Source: Candidatus Poribacteria bacterium (lineage in GTDB: Bacteria; Poribacteria; WGA-4E; UBA9662). From it: a DNA stretch of 64,000 nucleotides. Each line of letters opens with the position of its first letter. Positions within the stretch are counted from its first letter, which is position 1. Location: the NCBI GenBank assembly GCA_046582655.1, contig JAYGDX010000063.1, positions 1-64,000 of the forward strand, in the 5' to 3' direction. This document shows, one piece after another, positions 39,632 to 49,914 of the stretch. The notes below the pieces were generated by a model. The model saw nothing but the letters and a program-made list of their open reading frames with translations. It had not been told where the DNA came from and made no database searches. The position numbers and the translations under genes were made by a program.

Positions 39632-39958
39632 TCACTTGTCACTGTAAGCCGTTCCTCTTCTCCCAATGGTGTCCCGAAGGTCAAGCTGATGAATAATCTG
39701 GCGGTATCGCTGAATATCTTTCGAATACAAATATCGCATCAAACTGCGTTGTTTACCCACTAGTTTAAACAAACCATACCTAGAATGATGATCTTTCTGA
39801 TTATGACGCAAATGCTCTGTTAATTTCTTAATTCGGTTATTTAAAAGCGCAATCTGGACTTCTGATGATCCGGTATCATCATCATGTTTCTTATACTGAT
39901 CCACGACCTCTTTCCTCGCACTAAGACTAGACTCCAAAATTTTCCCACATCCTTCCAT
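39632..39958 (-). CDS. rpsO: 30S ribosomal protein S15 (start may be TTG at 39937)
   Basis: DTGSSEVQIALL, KDHHSRYGL. Confidence 0.97.
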   Translation of the reverse strand: MEGCGKILESSLSARKEVVDQYKKHDDDTGSSEVQIALLNNRIKKLTEHLRHNQKDHHSRYGLFKLVGKQRSLMRYLYSKDIQRYRQIIHQLDLRDTIGRRGTAYSDK

Positions 39959-40083
39959 GAGTTAGATTATTTTACTCAGCCGTCTGATTAATATAACATA
40001 AATATTCCAACATTGTAAATCAAATCACAATTTTGCATATGTTCAACGCCACGACTAAATCCCTTGTATAAATAGGTTCTGTA

Positions 40084-41016
40084 TCAAAATTCAGTCTTTA
40101 ATAGAGCAGACCTCGCACTATCAATATCTGCCTGAATTTGACTGGTTAATCCTTCTAGGTCGGAAAATTCACGCTCTTCTCGGATCTTAGTTACTAATAT
40201 CATCTCAACCTGATGCCCGTAAACAATCTGATTGAAATCAAAAAGATGCGCTTCAACCTGAAATTTTTGATCATCAAAACTTGGCCGTGTACCCATATTT
40301 AAAACCCCGTCAATAGATCTATCATCTAAATTAGCACGGATAGCATACACACCACTTGGCGGCAACACCAATTCTTCAGGGTTAATATTCACTGTTGGAA
40401 ACCCAATTTTCCGACCTCGTTGATCTCCCTTGATAACTGTGCCCGCAATTGAATACTTTCTACCGAGAAGCTTAGCAACCAGATCAAGATTCCCTTTCTC
40501 AACCTCTTTGCGAATCCACGTACTATGAACAGGTTTACCATCAAAGTATTTCGGGGCAACAATTTCGATATCAATACCATGGCGTTCACCCACTGATTCT
40601 AGAACTTCGGGATTACCAGCGCGTCCCTTGCCAAATTGCCAATCATATCCAGATACAACCGCCTTCGTTCTTAGTTGGTTTATTAAAACTTCTTGAATAA
40701 ACTCATCAGCGGATTGACGCGCAATACTGGAAGAAAAAGGCACCAATATCATTAAGTCAATACCAAGACGCTCAAAAATAGCAATCTTTTGGTTGCGATT
40801 TGTTAAACTCGATTTTTTTTGACCTGATTGAAAGTATTCAACTGGCGGGGGGTCGAAAATTAAGGCAGCAGTTAATAGACTGTGATTTTTTGCCACAGAG
40901 ATCAACCGTTGAATAACAACTTGATGACCGATATGTACGCCATCAAAAACACCAATTGTAACGGCAACATCGGTTTTTATTATCGCAGTGGATCTGAAAT
41001 CGACAAAGATCTTCAA
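40084..41016 (-). CDS. ribF: Riboflavin kinase/FAD synthetase
   Basis: TIGVFDGVHIGHQ, GRKIGFPTVN, EAHLFDF. Confidence 0.97.
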   Translation of the reverse strand: MKIFVDFRSTAIIKTDVAVTIGVFDGVHIGHQVVIQRLISVAKNHSLLTAALIFDPPPVEYFQSGQKKSSLTNRNQKIAIFERLGIDLMILVPFSSSIARQSADEFIQEVLINQLRTKAVVSGYDWQFGKGRAGNPEVLESVGERHGIDIEIVAPKYFDGKPVHSTWIRKEVEKGNLDLVAKLLGRKYSIAGTVIKGDQRGRKIGFPTVNINPEELVLPPSGVYAIRANLDDRSIDGVLNMGTRPSFDDQKFQVEAHLFDFNQIVYGHQVEMILVTKIREEREFSDLEGLTSQIQADIDSARSALLKTEF

Positions 41017-41035
41017 AGATGAGTTCCCAAGAAAA

Positions 41036-41752
41036 TCACACTACCTGTTTTAGCGCTTCGATCACCACGTTTATCGGAACAACAGACTCATTAAACGTAA
41101 TTTTTCTTTCTTCCAGATTGTCTAAATCATAAGCGTCTTCAAGTCTAAAGATGCCTGACCGCGTGCGTACCAATTGTGAAAGGATAGCACCACACTCGAG
41201 CTCCGTCCCAACATCATTAACTAAAGACCGAACGTACGTCCCCTTCGAGCAATCAACCCTAAATGCGACTTCAGGTAAATTAATTGAAGTAATCTCAATC
41301 GATTTAATAGTCACCAGCCTAGAAGGTAAATTCTCAATCCGCTTTCCTTGACGTGCTATTTTGTATAACGGTTTCCCTTGATATTTCACGGCAGAAAACA
41401 TAGGCACCGTTTGGTCTATCTGCCCAACAAAGCCTTTAAAAACAGATTCTATTCGATCTTCGCTAATATGTTCTATAGGTGAAGTCATCAAAACTTGGCC
41501 GCTGGCATCAAAAGTATCAGTTGCGATACCAAGGGTAATCGTTGCACTATAACTCTTGATTCCCTTCTGTAACTGGTCGAATAACTTTGTTGCTTTGCCT
41601 AAGCATATGAGTAGAACTCCTGTTGCATCAGGATCAAGCGTCCCTCCATGACCAGCTTTTTTTACGTTCCACAATTTACGAATTCGGTCTAAAGCCTGTC
41701 TTGAAGTTATCCCATGCGGTTTGTTTAAATTTAAAACACCATCAATCATCAT
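41036..41752 (-). CDS. truB: tRNA pseudouridine(55) synthase
   Basis: KAGHGGTLDPDATGVL, CSKGTYVRSL. Confidence 0.97.
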   Translation of the reverse strand: MMIDGVLNLNKPHGITSRQALDRIRKLWNVKKAGHGGTLDPDATGVLLICLGKATKLFDQLQKGIKSYSATITLGIATDTFDASGQVLMTSPIEHISEDRIESVFKGFVGQIDQTVPMFSAVKYQGKPLYKIARQGKRIENLPSRLVTIKSIEITSINLPEVAFRVDCSKGTYVRSLVNDVGTELECGAILSQLVRTRSGIFRLEDAYDLDNLEERKITFNESVVPINVVIEALKQVV

Positions 41753-42719
41753 ACACAAGATACTTTTTCGTTACCTCAATAACTGCTTTAAGAGCCATCT
41801 TGCAAGATTTATCTATTAGACAGCCGGCAGCACGAGCATGGCCGCCTCCGCCGAACTCGGCACATATCTTACCCACATCAACATGATCTTTGCTCCGCAT
41901 ACCAATCTTGGACTGCCCTGGAGCATTTGCAGTCGCCATAATTGCAACTTCAACCGTATCAATCGAGCGAATTTGGTTAATTACCCCATCTACATCCTCC
42001 AGAGTTGTATTTGTGTGATTCAGCATTTTTTGATCCACCATCAGCCACGCGATTTTGCCGTCGGGAGTGAGTTCAAGGGTCTGAAGTGCTTTAGCAAGTA
42101 ACCGAAGCCGCCGAACTGGATAATTTCCGTAGACGTCTCTATAGATTTTATCGACTTCGATTCCCTGATCAATTAAGTTGGCTACGATACGGTGCACTTG
42201 CGACGTTGAATTTGAATATTGGAAGCAACCGGTATCAAACATAATACCAGTATATAGCGCCGTTGCTCGTTCCTGACCAATCGTCGTACCACTACGTTGT
42301 ATTAGTTTATAGATTATTTCACACGTTGAAGAAACATCAATTTCTACCAGATTATAATCACCAAAACGATCAGCTGAAGCGTGGTGATCGATATTTATAG
42401 TTACTTGCTTAGGCACAAGTGCTTTGGACAGTCGATTTCCTATCCTCACGAGCGTGCTAGCATCAAGGACAATTAATATTTCGGGTGAGTACCCATCAAG
42501 AGTTCCTGGTTGTTCAATCTTGTCGTAAAAAGGAAGAAAATGATAGTTGGGGGGTATAGGATCGGTGTTGAAAATCCGCACATGTTTATCTAGGTCAGTG
42601 AGGAAGGAATATACCGCTAATTGTGATCCGATTGAATCTCCATCTGGGTGAATATGTGCAGAGATTGCAAAGCTACTATGTTGATCAATTAAATCCAAGA
42701 TCTTGCGATATATGTCCAT
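41742..42719 (-). CDS. nrnA: DHH-family oligoribonuclease/PAP phosphatase
   Basis: HPDGDSIGS, IDHH, DTG, GGGHARAAG. Confidence 0.93.
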   Translation of the reverse strand: MDIYRKILDLIDQHSSFAISAHIHPDGDSIGSQLAVYSFLTDLDKHVRIFNTDPIPPNYHFLPFYDKIEQPGTLDGYSPEILIVLDASTLVRIGNRLSKALVPKQVTINIDHHASADRFGDYNLVEIDVSSTCEIIYKLIQRSGTTIGQERATALYTGIMFDTGCFQYSNSTSQVHRIVANLIDQGIEVDKIYRDVYGNYPVRRLRLLAKALQTLELTPDGKIAWLMVDQKMLNHTNTTLEDVDGVINQIRSIDTVEVAIMATANAPGQSKIGMRSKDHVDVGKICAEFGGGGHARAAGCLIDKSCKMALKAVIEVTKKYLVYDD

Positions 42720-42736
42720 AAACTGGGATGTACCAA

Positions 42737-43081
42737 CTATCCTTGATTTTCCTTGAGTAGCTGGTCAATATACATCAACTGCTCAACTGATTGATCTAGC
42801 TTGAACCTCAATTCAGGTGCAGTTCGCAAGCCGAGCCGATGGCTAATCTCACGACGGATAAAACCGTTCGCGCTCTCAAGCCCATCAAGCCCATCACTTT
42901 TTTGCTGATCATCTCCCAGAATACTCACTTTAACGTTAGCATAACTCAGGTCTGGTGACACTTCAACGTGTGTCACACTACAAAATTTCACACGCGGATC
43001 CTTCACTTCATTCAGAAGAAGATAGCCTAATTCTCTCTGAATCTGGGATGCAACACGGTCTCTACGCCTCTGTCCGGCCAT
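42737..43081 (-). CDS. rbfA: Ribosome-binding factor A
   Basis: RRDRVASQIQREL, VKDPRV, LRTAPELRFKLD. Confidence 0.97.
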   Translation of the reverse strand: MAGQRRRDRVASQIQRELGYLLLNEVKDPRVKFCSVTHVEVSPDLSYANVKVSILGDDQQKSDGLDGLESANGFIRREISHRLGLRTAPELRFKLDQSVEQLMYIDQLLKENQG

Positions 43082-43095
43082 TTTCTCCCCAGCAT

Positions 43096-43311
43096 TTAAT
43101 CAGTCAACTCAATCTTATAATCGATCAATTCCACCAGATGTGCCTGCTCAACAAATGTTACAACATGAGACAAAATTCTATCTAAATGATGTTGGTCAAC
43201 CGGACACAAATGCAACACCGATCAATAACATTTTTGATCACATGCCGCTTATCCTTTAAAGACTGGCTTTGGAGGACACACAAGTTGATAGTACAAACCC
43301 CAAACATGCAT
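43096..43311 (-). pseudogene. DUF503 (YlxP-family) pseudogene
   Basis: Across frames: MHV/GVCTINLCVLQSQSLKDKRHVIKNVIDR, IGVAFVSG, DQHHLDRILSHVVTFVE...IDYKIELTD*; canonical position between infB and rbfA. Confidence 0.8.
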
Positions 43312-43317
43312 AGAATA

Positions 43318-45516
43318 CTATGAACTTAGCGTTCGAGCAACACGTTCGAGCGTATAACATTCCAGTGTATCATCGACCCTAACATCGTCAAAGTCGCTAA
43401 TACCGATACCACACTCATAGTTCGTGGAAACTTGGTTCACATCGTCCTTAAATCTTCGAAGGGATTCTATTTTCCCTTCGTATATCAGGATACTGTCTCT
43501 GAGGACACGAACGGGATAGTTGTAGTTCACGATCCCCCAATTCACATAGCTCCCAGCAATTGTGCCAGCACGAGGCACTTTAAAGGTCTCTCGAACCACA
43601 GCACGACCAACAATGACTTCCCTCATTTCAGGTTCGAGTAGTCCTTCCATTGCTGCTCTAATGTCACTGATCAATTCATAAATGACGGAATACGTTCGGA
43701 CATCAATATTTTCCTGTGTACTTAACTGCATGGCTTCTGTTGTTGGCCGCACATTAAATCCAACAACGATTGCGCTTGAGGCTACAGCTAGCAGAATGTC
43801 AGCTTCAGTAATCCCTCCAACCGCACCACGTATTATACTGACTCCCACTTTATCGGCACTCAACTTCAGCAGTTCACCACTGATTGCTTGAACCGACCCT
43901 TTTGCATCTCCCTTCATAATCACATTTAATTCTTTAACTTCTCCAGTGCGGACCTTATCAAACAAATCTTCAAGACTAACTTGACTTTTCGGACCAAGTT
44001 GTGATTGTCGATACTCACCCCGCCGCTTACCACTAATTTTCTTAGCATCTGCCTCCGAAGAGACGACATTAAATCGATCTCCAGCTTCCGGAACACCGGT
44101 AAAACCTAGTACTTCAATCGGAGTAGACGGACCGGCCTCTTTAAGATGTTTATTCTGATCATTAATCATCGCACGAACCCTACCACTATACATGCCGGCA
44201 ATGAAGGGGTTGCCAATTTCCAATGTACCATCTTGTACTAGAACGGTGGCCGCGACGCCTCTTCCACGATCTAATTTAGCTTCAAGGATCGTACCGCTTG
44301 CGTTCCGATTCGGATTACTGCTTAACTCAAGAAGCTCAGCCTCAAGCAACAACATTTCTAGAAGATCCTCAATACCAGTATGCTCTAGGGCAGAGACTTC
44401 AACAAAGATAGTTGAACCGCCCCATTCTTCTGGTGAAAGTCCATGTTCCATCAACTGTTGCTTGACACGGTCAGGGTTTGCATTAGCAATATCAATTTTA
44501 TTGACGACTACGATAATTGGAACATCTGCCGCTTTCGCGTGATCAATGGCTTCAATTGTTTGAGGCATCACTCCGTCATCAGCAGCAACAACAAGCACAA
44601 CGATATCAGTTACTTGCGCTCCACGGGCACGCATAGCAGTGAATGCCGCATGCCCCGGCGTGTCAAGAAAAACAAGATTCCCACTGTCGTATTCAACATG
44701 ATATGCTCCAATGTGCTGTGTCATACTTCCAGCTTCGGTGTCTATTACATTAGTATCACGAATCGCATCGAGAAGAGACGTTTTACCATGGTCTACATGC
44801 CCCATAATGGTAACAACTGGAGCACGAGGTGCCAGGTCTTCAGGATCATCTGACTCCTCCATTTCAGCTAGGATCTTCTCTTCAAGTGTTAACTGACGAA
44901 CCGGTTCGAAATCAAATTGATCTGAAATGGCAATTAGGGTTTCATAATCTAAGCTTTGATTTACGTTTGCCATCACTCCAATTCCCATAAGACTCATAAT
45001 CAGTTCTGTGCTTTTCAATTCTCCCAGCTGCGATGCAAGCTGGCCAACAGTTATACCCTCCTGTATTTGACGGGGAACATTGTCGGCAGGTACTGATTTC
45101 GCTTCTGTATCCTCTTCTGAAACAACTTCTGCCTCAACAGCTTTACGCTTATGTTCTTCTCCTTCCTTCTTGGTTTTGCGTTCAGGTTGATCAATCTTCG
45201 GCTCTACTTCTACTTTCGATTGCTGTTTAGCTTCGGATTTCCCTGCCTTCGCCTTGGTCAACGATACATCTTTTTCTTCTGACTTCGACCTCAAACTCCT
45301 TTGTTCTTCAATAAGTTCAACAGCCTCTGATGACAGAGAACTCATATGAGTCTTTACAATAATCCCGTATGTTTCTATTTCTTTAATTAAATCCTTACTT
45401 GTCAAATTGTATTGTTTGGCAAGTTCATGGACCCGGATATTCGGAATCCCTGTTTTGCTCTGTTTTTGTCTTGAGGTCGTTGAATTCTTTTCCATCGTAT
45501 CCCTATCTAGAACCAT
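43318..45516 (-). CDS. infB: Translation initiation factor IF-2
   Basis: [32 protein letters not shown]. Confidence 0.98.
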   Translation of the reverse strand: MVLDRDTMEKNSTTSRQKQSKTGIPNIRVHELAKQYNLTSKDLIKEIETYGIIVKTHMSSLSSEAVELIEEQRSLRSKSEEKDVSLTKAKAGKSEAKQQSKVEVEPKIDQPERKTKKEGEEHKRKAVEAEVVSEEDTEAKSVPADNVPRQIQEGITVGQLASQLGELKSTELIMSLMGIGVMANVNQSLDYETLIAISDQFDFEPVRQLTLEEKILAEMEESDDPEDLAPRAPVVTIMGHVDHGKTSLLDAIRDTNVIDTEAGSMTQHIGAYHVEYDSGNLVFLDTPGHAAFTAMRARGAQVTDIVVLVVAADDGVMPQTIEAIDHAKAADVPIIVVVNKIDIANANPDRVKQQLMEHGLSPEEWGGSTIFVEVSALEHTGIEDLLEMLLLEAELLELSSNPNRNASGTILEAKLDRGRGVAATVLVQDGTLEIGNPFIAGMYSGRVRAMINDQNKHLKEAGPSTPIEVLGFTGVPEAGDRFNVVSSEADAKKISGKRRGEYRQSQLGPKSQVSLEDLFDKVRTGEVKELNVIMKGDAKGSVQAISGELLKLSADKVGVSIIRGAVGGITEADILLAVASSAIVVGFNVRPTTEAMQLSTQENIDVRTYSVIYELISDIRAAMEGLLEPEMREVIVGRAVVRETFKVPRAGTIAGSYVNWGIVNYNYPVRVLRDSILIYEGKIESLRRFKDDVNQVSTNYECGIGISDFDDVRVDDTLECYTLERVARTLSS

Positions 45517-45591
45517 ATCGTTGATAGCTTAATTTACACCTGTCGTTTTGGTTTCCAATGTACTCTTGGACTCGACGACAGAATCATTATC

Positions 45592-46761
45592 TCATTCTTC
45601 ATCTTCATCTTCATCAGGCGATTCAGACTTGAAAACTTGGGCGACATCCTTCTTCATTTGCTCCATTGCTTCATCTTCATCAGGCGAATCAGACTTGAAA
45701 ACTTGGGCGACATCCTTCTTCATTTGCTCCATTGCTTCAGCTTCGCCCTTAACGTCCAATCTCCAGTTAGTGAGCCGACTAGAAAGACGTACATTTTGCC
45801 CACGCCTACCAATGGCAAGGGACAATTGATCTTCAGGAACTATAACTTCCGCAGATTGCTCTTCCTTGTGAATATTAACGTGCGATACATTGGCAGGCTG
45901 AAGTGAGTTTTTGATGTAAGTTCCAATATCTTCATGCCAACGAATGAGCTCAATCTTCTCACCATCAAGCTCATCGACAATAGTTCTTACCCGAGAACCT
46001 CTAACACCCACACATGTACCAACCGGATCAATACTTGAATCGTGTGAGTAAACAGCAACTTTCGATCTATCTCCTGGATCCCGAGCAACAGCGCGAATTT
46101 CAACCAAACCATCCTCTATCTCTGGGACTTCCATCTCAAAAAGCTGAATCACCAAAGAATTATGGTTTCGAGAAAGAAGAATTTGCAATCCACGCTCATC
46201 ATTTTCGACACTCATGATGACACACTTTAAGGCATCACCTCGCCTGTATCCTGCGTTGCGATTAAACTCGCCATCAATTAAAATCCCTTCTGTTCGGTCC
46301 AAGTCAATAATGATGGCATTCCGATCAATACGTTGGACATATCCAGTAATAATTTCACCTTCACGCTCTTTGTATTCTTGATAGATTTGTTCCCTTTCAG
46401 CTTCTTTGATCTTTTGAACAAGAACTTGTCTGGCAGTTTGCGCTTCAATACGGCCAAAATCTCCAGTATTGACCTCAACTTGAATAGTATCATCGACTTT
46501 TACATTTGGATCAATCTTTCGTGCTTCTTCAATAGATATTTCCCTAGCGAAACTATGCATAATATCAACTACCTTTTTGGGAACATAGCAAAAAATTTGC
46601 CCGGTTTCAGGATCCAGCTCAATTGACACCTCCTCAGTTGAACCGTAACGCCTCTTAGCAGCCTGCATCAGTGCAGATTGAATAGCGTCAAGAAAGATCT
46701 CTTGAGGAAGATCTGTCTGATCCATCATTTGCCGAACAGTTGCGATGAGGTCACCTGTCAT
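45592..46761 (-). CDS. nusA: Transcription termination/antitermination factor NusA
   Basis: FGRIEAQTARQV, ARDPGDRSKVAV, LSLAIGRRGQNVRL. Confidence 0.98.
   Translation of the reverse strand: MTGDLIATVRQMMDQTDLPQEIFLDAIQSALMQAAKRRYGSTEEVSIELDPETGQIFCYVPKKVVDIMHSFAREISIEEARKIDPNVKVDDTIQVEVNTGDFGRIEAQTARQVLVQKIKEAEREQIYQEYKEREGEIITGYVQRIDRNAIIIDLDRTEGILIDGEFNRNAGYRRGDALKCVIMSVENDERGLQILLSRNHNSLVIQLFEMEVPEIEDGLVEIRAVARDPGDRSKVAVYSHDSSIDPVGTCVGVRGSRVRTIVDELDGEKIELIRWHEDIGTYIKNSLQPANVSHVNIHKEEQSAEVIVPEDQLSLAIGRRGQNVRLSSRLTNWRLDVKGEAEAMEQMKKDVAQVFKSDSPDEDEAMEQMKKDVAQVFKSESPDEDEDEE
45604..45739. repeat. 66-bp tandem duplication in the nusA 3' end
   Basis: Two copies starting at 45604 and 45670 with one mismatch; encodes EAMEQMKKDVAQVFKS(D/E)SPDED x2. 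Confidence 0.95.
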
Positions 46762-46792
46762 TGTTCTTTCCCCACATATATTAAGAATTTTT

Positions 46793-47254
46793 CTACCAAG
46801 TTAGCTTAGCAGTTGCTTGTTTTACCTTTGAAATGCTGATTTGAATAACTCCGTCAGATGAATGCTGAAGCGTGACTTTTTTTGAATCAACTCTTTTTAA
46901 AACACCGTTTGTCTTCTTAATTTTTTCCTCTGAGTCCGACTGGAATCTTATCTCAATTGTGCGGCCAAGATTACGCCGGAAATCTGCTTTGGTCACGATT
47001 GGGCGATCTAAACCAGGTGATGCCACCTCAAGATCCCAACTGTGCTTGATTAAGCCACACACATCCAATATTGGTCTTGTACTTTCTATAACCTGCTGGC
47101 AGTCACCTAACGTTACCCCCTGCGACTTATGAATTAATAGCCTGACAGTTTTCCCATTTTTGGAATCATCTAGCTCAACATCGACTAATTCAATGCCAAG
47201 ATCCTCAAGTAACGGTATCACCAAATCTGAAACTGAAGCCCCAAACTGATCCAT
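46793..47254 (-). CDS. rimP: Ribosome maturation factor RimP
   Basis: GVTLGDC, LEVASPGLDRP; first gene of the nusA-infB operon. Confidence 0.95.
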   Translation of the reverse strand: MDQFGASVSDLVIPLLEDLGIELVDVELDDSKNGKTVRLLIHKSQGVTLGDCQQVIESTRPILDVCGLIKHSWDLEVASPGLDRPIVTKADFRRNLGRTIEIRFQSDSEEKIKKTNGVLKRVDSKKVTLQHSSDGVIQISISKVKQATAKLTW

Positions 47255-47278
47255 ATTTCCCTGAGAGACATCCTCTTT

Positions 47279-47320
47279 AAAAAAAGAAAAGAGCGGGAAA
47301 TCCTACCCCCACTCTCTGTT
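47279..47320 (-). promoter_or_regulatory. rimP leader hairpin (attenuator/terminator-like)
   Basis: Minus strand AGAGTGGG-loop-CCCGCTCT followed by a U-rich run just upstream of rimP. Confidence 0.7.
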
Positions 47321-47416
47321 CAATCTACAAAGTCAATTAAAACACTGTGCTTGTTTTCCCAAGCCGCAAAAAAGTTGCGAAACACCGAAAAAACGTTCGA
47401 TCGCAAAACCAGCTAA

Positions 47417-47445
47417 ATCCTACCACAACGACCTCAATTATGCAA
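47417..47445 (-). promoter_or_regulatory. Sigma70-type promoter for the rimP operon
   Basis: TTGCAT-17 nt-TAGGAT on the minus strand. Confidence 0.55.
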
Positions 47446-47497
47446 GGGGAAATTAACTACCAACAAGCCTATGCTTCAGCATAACGGAATTCCAAAG

Positions 47498-49204
47498 TTA
47501 GAACGAAGCTCCAAGGTTAACGTGTATCTTTCCCTGCAAAAGAGCACTTTCCCGAGAAAGAGCATAATTAATTTGAAGGATCCCTCCTTTGGATTCAATC
47601 CTAGCTCCAAGACCATATCCAACCTTAATCGGTTCAAAAATTGTCGATTTGGTTGACTTTGTCACCGAACCAATATCTACAAAACCAAAGACTTGTGATA
47701 TATAGCCTATAAGCAATCGGTATTCAATATTGCCATAAAGGCGACGTTGACCAAAAAAGAAATCTTCATCGTAGCCGCGAAGCGAGTTTGCTCCTCCGAG
47801 GGAGAACATTTCGATCCAAGGTACATCTTGGCCCCAAGCAGACGCAGCGTGTAGACCAGTTGAAATAACTTGATTCTCCCATGTTTTGATATATTGCTCC
47901 AGATCAATCCATAGCTTCCGTAATTTGAAATTGCCGCGTGAAATCTCAAAAGCAATATGATCTCTCCTCCCCCTTGTTGGCGACAAAAAATAATCCCGAC
48001 TGTCACGGATAATACTGAAAGCTACTCCATACTTCATTCCATTCAATTTCCCCGACGTTTCAATTGCTGACAAATTAATCTGCTTCAAAGATGCCGTTAA
48101 TGTACCTCTAAACACCGGATTAAAACGCGCACTGACGGTTAAACCCACCGATTTTTCTTTCGACATATTGGCACTGATTTGATCTTGTCGTTTAATCTGC
48201 TCATATTTACCACCTATCGAAATTGGTTTTCCAAGCATCCATGGTTCGGTATATGAGATCAGAACTGTCTTCAGTAAGCTAGATTTCCACCGGAAATTGA
48301 GGCGTCTTCCTGTTCCAAATAAATTCATTTCGCTAACTTTAATTAATCCGGTTAATCTTGGCATATTATCAGATTGGGAAGTGGCTGGAGCGTAACCAAT
48401 TACGCCGTTTATCCGTCCCGTACGAGCGTCAATAACTCGTGCGTGTACTTTGATTTGATTAGGAGTCTCTGCCATTTCCAGCAGGTTCGAGTTGACCTTG
48501 TAGAAATAACCCAAATTAATTAATTGGCGAAAGCTTTGATCAATCTTACGCTGATCAAAGATGTCACCAGCTTGAACCGGTAATTCCCTTAAAACGATTT
48601 TATCTTTTGTTTTTCGAGAACCACTGATTTTAACTGACGCGATTCTGATTATTTCTTTTTCGTCAATTTGCAAACGTAGATCTAATTCACAATTCTCTGA
48701 ATTTGCGACCACTTCGGCTAGCTGGACTTCGACCATTGGATGTCCTCGCTCGCTGTACAAGTTGACTGTCCTCTCAATTCCTTTTTCCAACGATGCCATA
48801 TTGAAACGCTGACCTTGACGCAAATCAATCAAGCTGAGTAAATCACGGTCGGTAAACTTTGTGTTGCCCACAATAGAAATATTGCCAAACTTTGCCGCTT
48901 CACCCTCATGAACCTTGACATGAATTTGTACGCGTTCTTTTTCAAGATCAACTTGCGGAAAAATCTCAGCAAATATTAATCCATCCTGGACGTAGCGTTC
49001 GATGATCCGATTTAAACCAACCTTTAGTTTCTCCTCATCGTATTGATCTCCCTTCTTAACGGAGATCAACTTTTGCAGAGTCCTTTGATTTATTCTTCGA
49101 TTGCCTACAAAAGATACATGATCAATCAGAATCACCGCCGAGACACCATTTACACCAGATTTTACGGCAGATGACAGAATCATCACCGCCAGTATAATTA
49201 TCAC
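47498..49204 (-). CDS. Omp85/BamA-TamA family outer-membrane protein with POTRA domains
   Basis: Three POTRA-like units (VSFVGN, ISIVGN, VKISGS); LGGANSLRGY; C-terminal aromatic residue; probable GTG start at 49204. Confidence 0.9.
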   Translation of the reverse strand: MIIILAVMILSSAVKSGVNGVSAVILIDHVSFVGNRRINQRTLQKLISVKKGDQYDEEKLKVGLNRIIERYVQDGLIFAEIFPQVDLEKERVQIHVKVHEGEAAKFGNISIVGNTKFTDRDLLSLIDLRQGQRFNMASLEKGIERTVNLYSERGHPMVEVQLAEVVANSENCELDLRLQIDEKEIIRIASVKISGSRKTKDKIVLRELPVQAGDIFDQRKIDQSFRQLINLGYFYKVNSNLLEMAETPNQIKVHARVIDARTGRINGVIGYAPATSQSDNMPRLTGLIKVSEMNLFGTGRRLNFRWKSSLLKTVLISYTEPWMLGKPISIGGKYEQIKRQDQISANMSKEKSVGLTVSARFNPVFRGTLTASLKQINLSAIETSGKLNGMKYGVAFSIIRDSRDYFLSPTRGRRDHIAFEISRGNFKLRKLWIDLEQYIKTWENQVISTGLHAASAWGQDVPWIEMFSLGGANSLRGYDEDFFFGQRRLYGNIEYRLLIGYISQVFGFVDIGSVTKSTKSTIFEPIKVGYGLGARIESKGGILQINYALSRESALLQGKIHVNLGASF

Positions 49205-49812
49205 TTTACACTGAACCGATTTTCTTTCCACAGGTCACCATCCATGTGATATCCTTACTTTTCCAAAAACCCTGGTTTATCTACATCGATGAATTCCATT
49301 GAACGTACACACTTTGCACCCTTCCAAGCGTAGCGTTTCGGTACGGCAAGACGTAGCGGATAATCGTGATCAACAGGAAAAATTTCCCCATTGTGCTTAT
49401 AGGAAAAAAGAGCATCATTGCTCTATAAAACGTCAATTGCAAGGTTTGTCGTGTAACCGCCATTACAATATAACATCACAAAATGTTGCTTCCGGTAACG
49501 GTTCAATACGTTGCATTACTTGGTAGGAACTGACACCCTCCCAGGCATCATCAAGACGACTCCAAGTAGTAATGCAGTGAAAATCAGCTGCCACCAAATT
49601 TTCGGCATAGCCAAAAACTCATCACACGCCCAACATATTTCAGATTTTACAAGCCCAAACACACGAAAACCCCAGCTCTCACGATTAAACTTAGGTACTT
49701 CTCATATGTTGTTAGAGCTGGAAATTTTTTCGTTAACACCTATCCGAGCGGTATTCGTCTTTGCTCATCAGCTGTTAGCGGTTCTTTATAACAGCTGATG
49801 AAATATGCTCAT
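49201..49812 (-). pseudogene. Sulfite oxidase-like molybdopterin oxidoreductase (YuiH-like) pseudogene
   Basis: Across frames and stops: RIPLG*VLTKKFP, WGFRVFGLV, ADFHCITTWSRLDDAWEGV, GGYTTNL, YPLRLAVPKRYAWKGAKCVRSMEF, PGFLEK*GYHMDGDLWKENR. Confidence 0.85.
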
Positions 49813-49914
49813 TAAGCACCTTCATGTATTCTTTGATCTATGCAAATGTTTTCTGATAGAATATTAGCATCTCAAACTACTCCCTGCAAGAAATACTAGT
49901 AACTGTTGAGAGGC

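Noticed and set aside
45548..45906. Plus-strand ORFs with repeated peptides
   Set aside because: Antisense read-through of the nusA 66-bp duplication.
49281..49798. Short ORFs listed in the track as possible ECF membrane components
   Set aside because: They are off-frame or antisense pieces of the sulfite-oxidase-like pseudogene.
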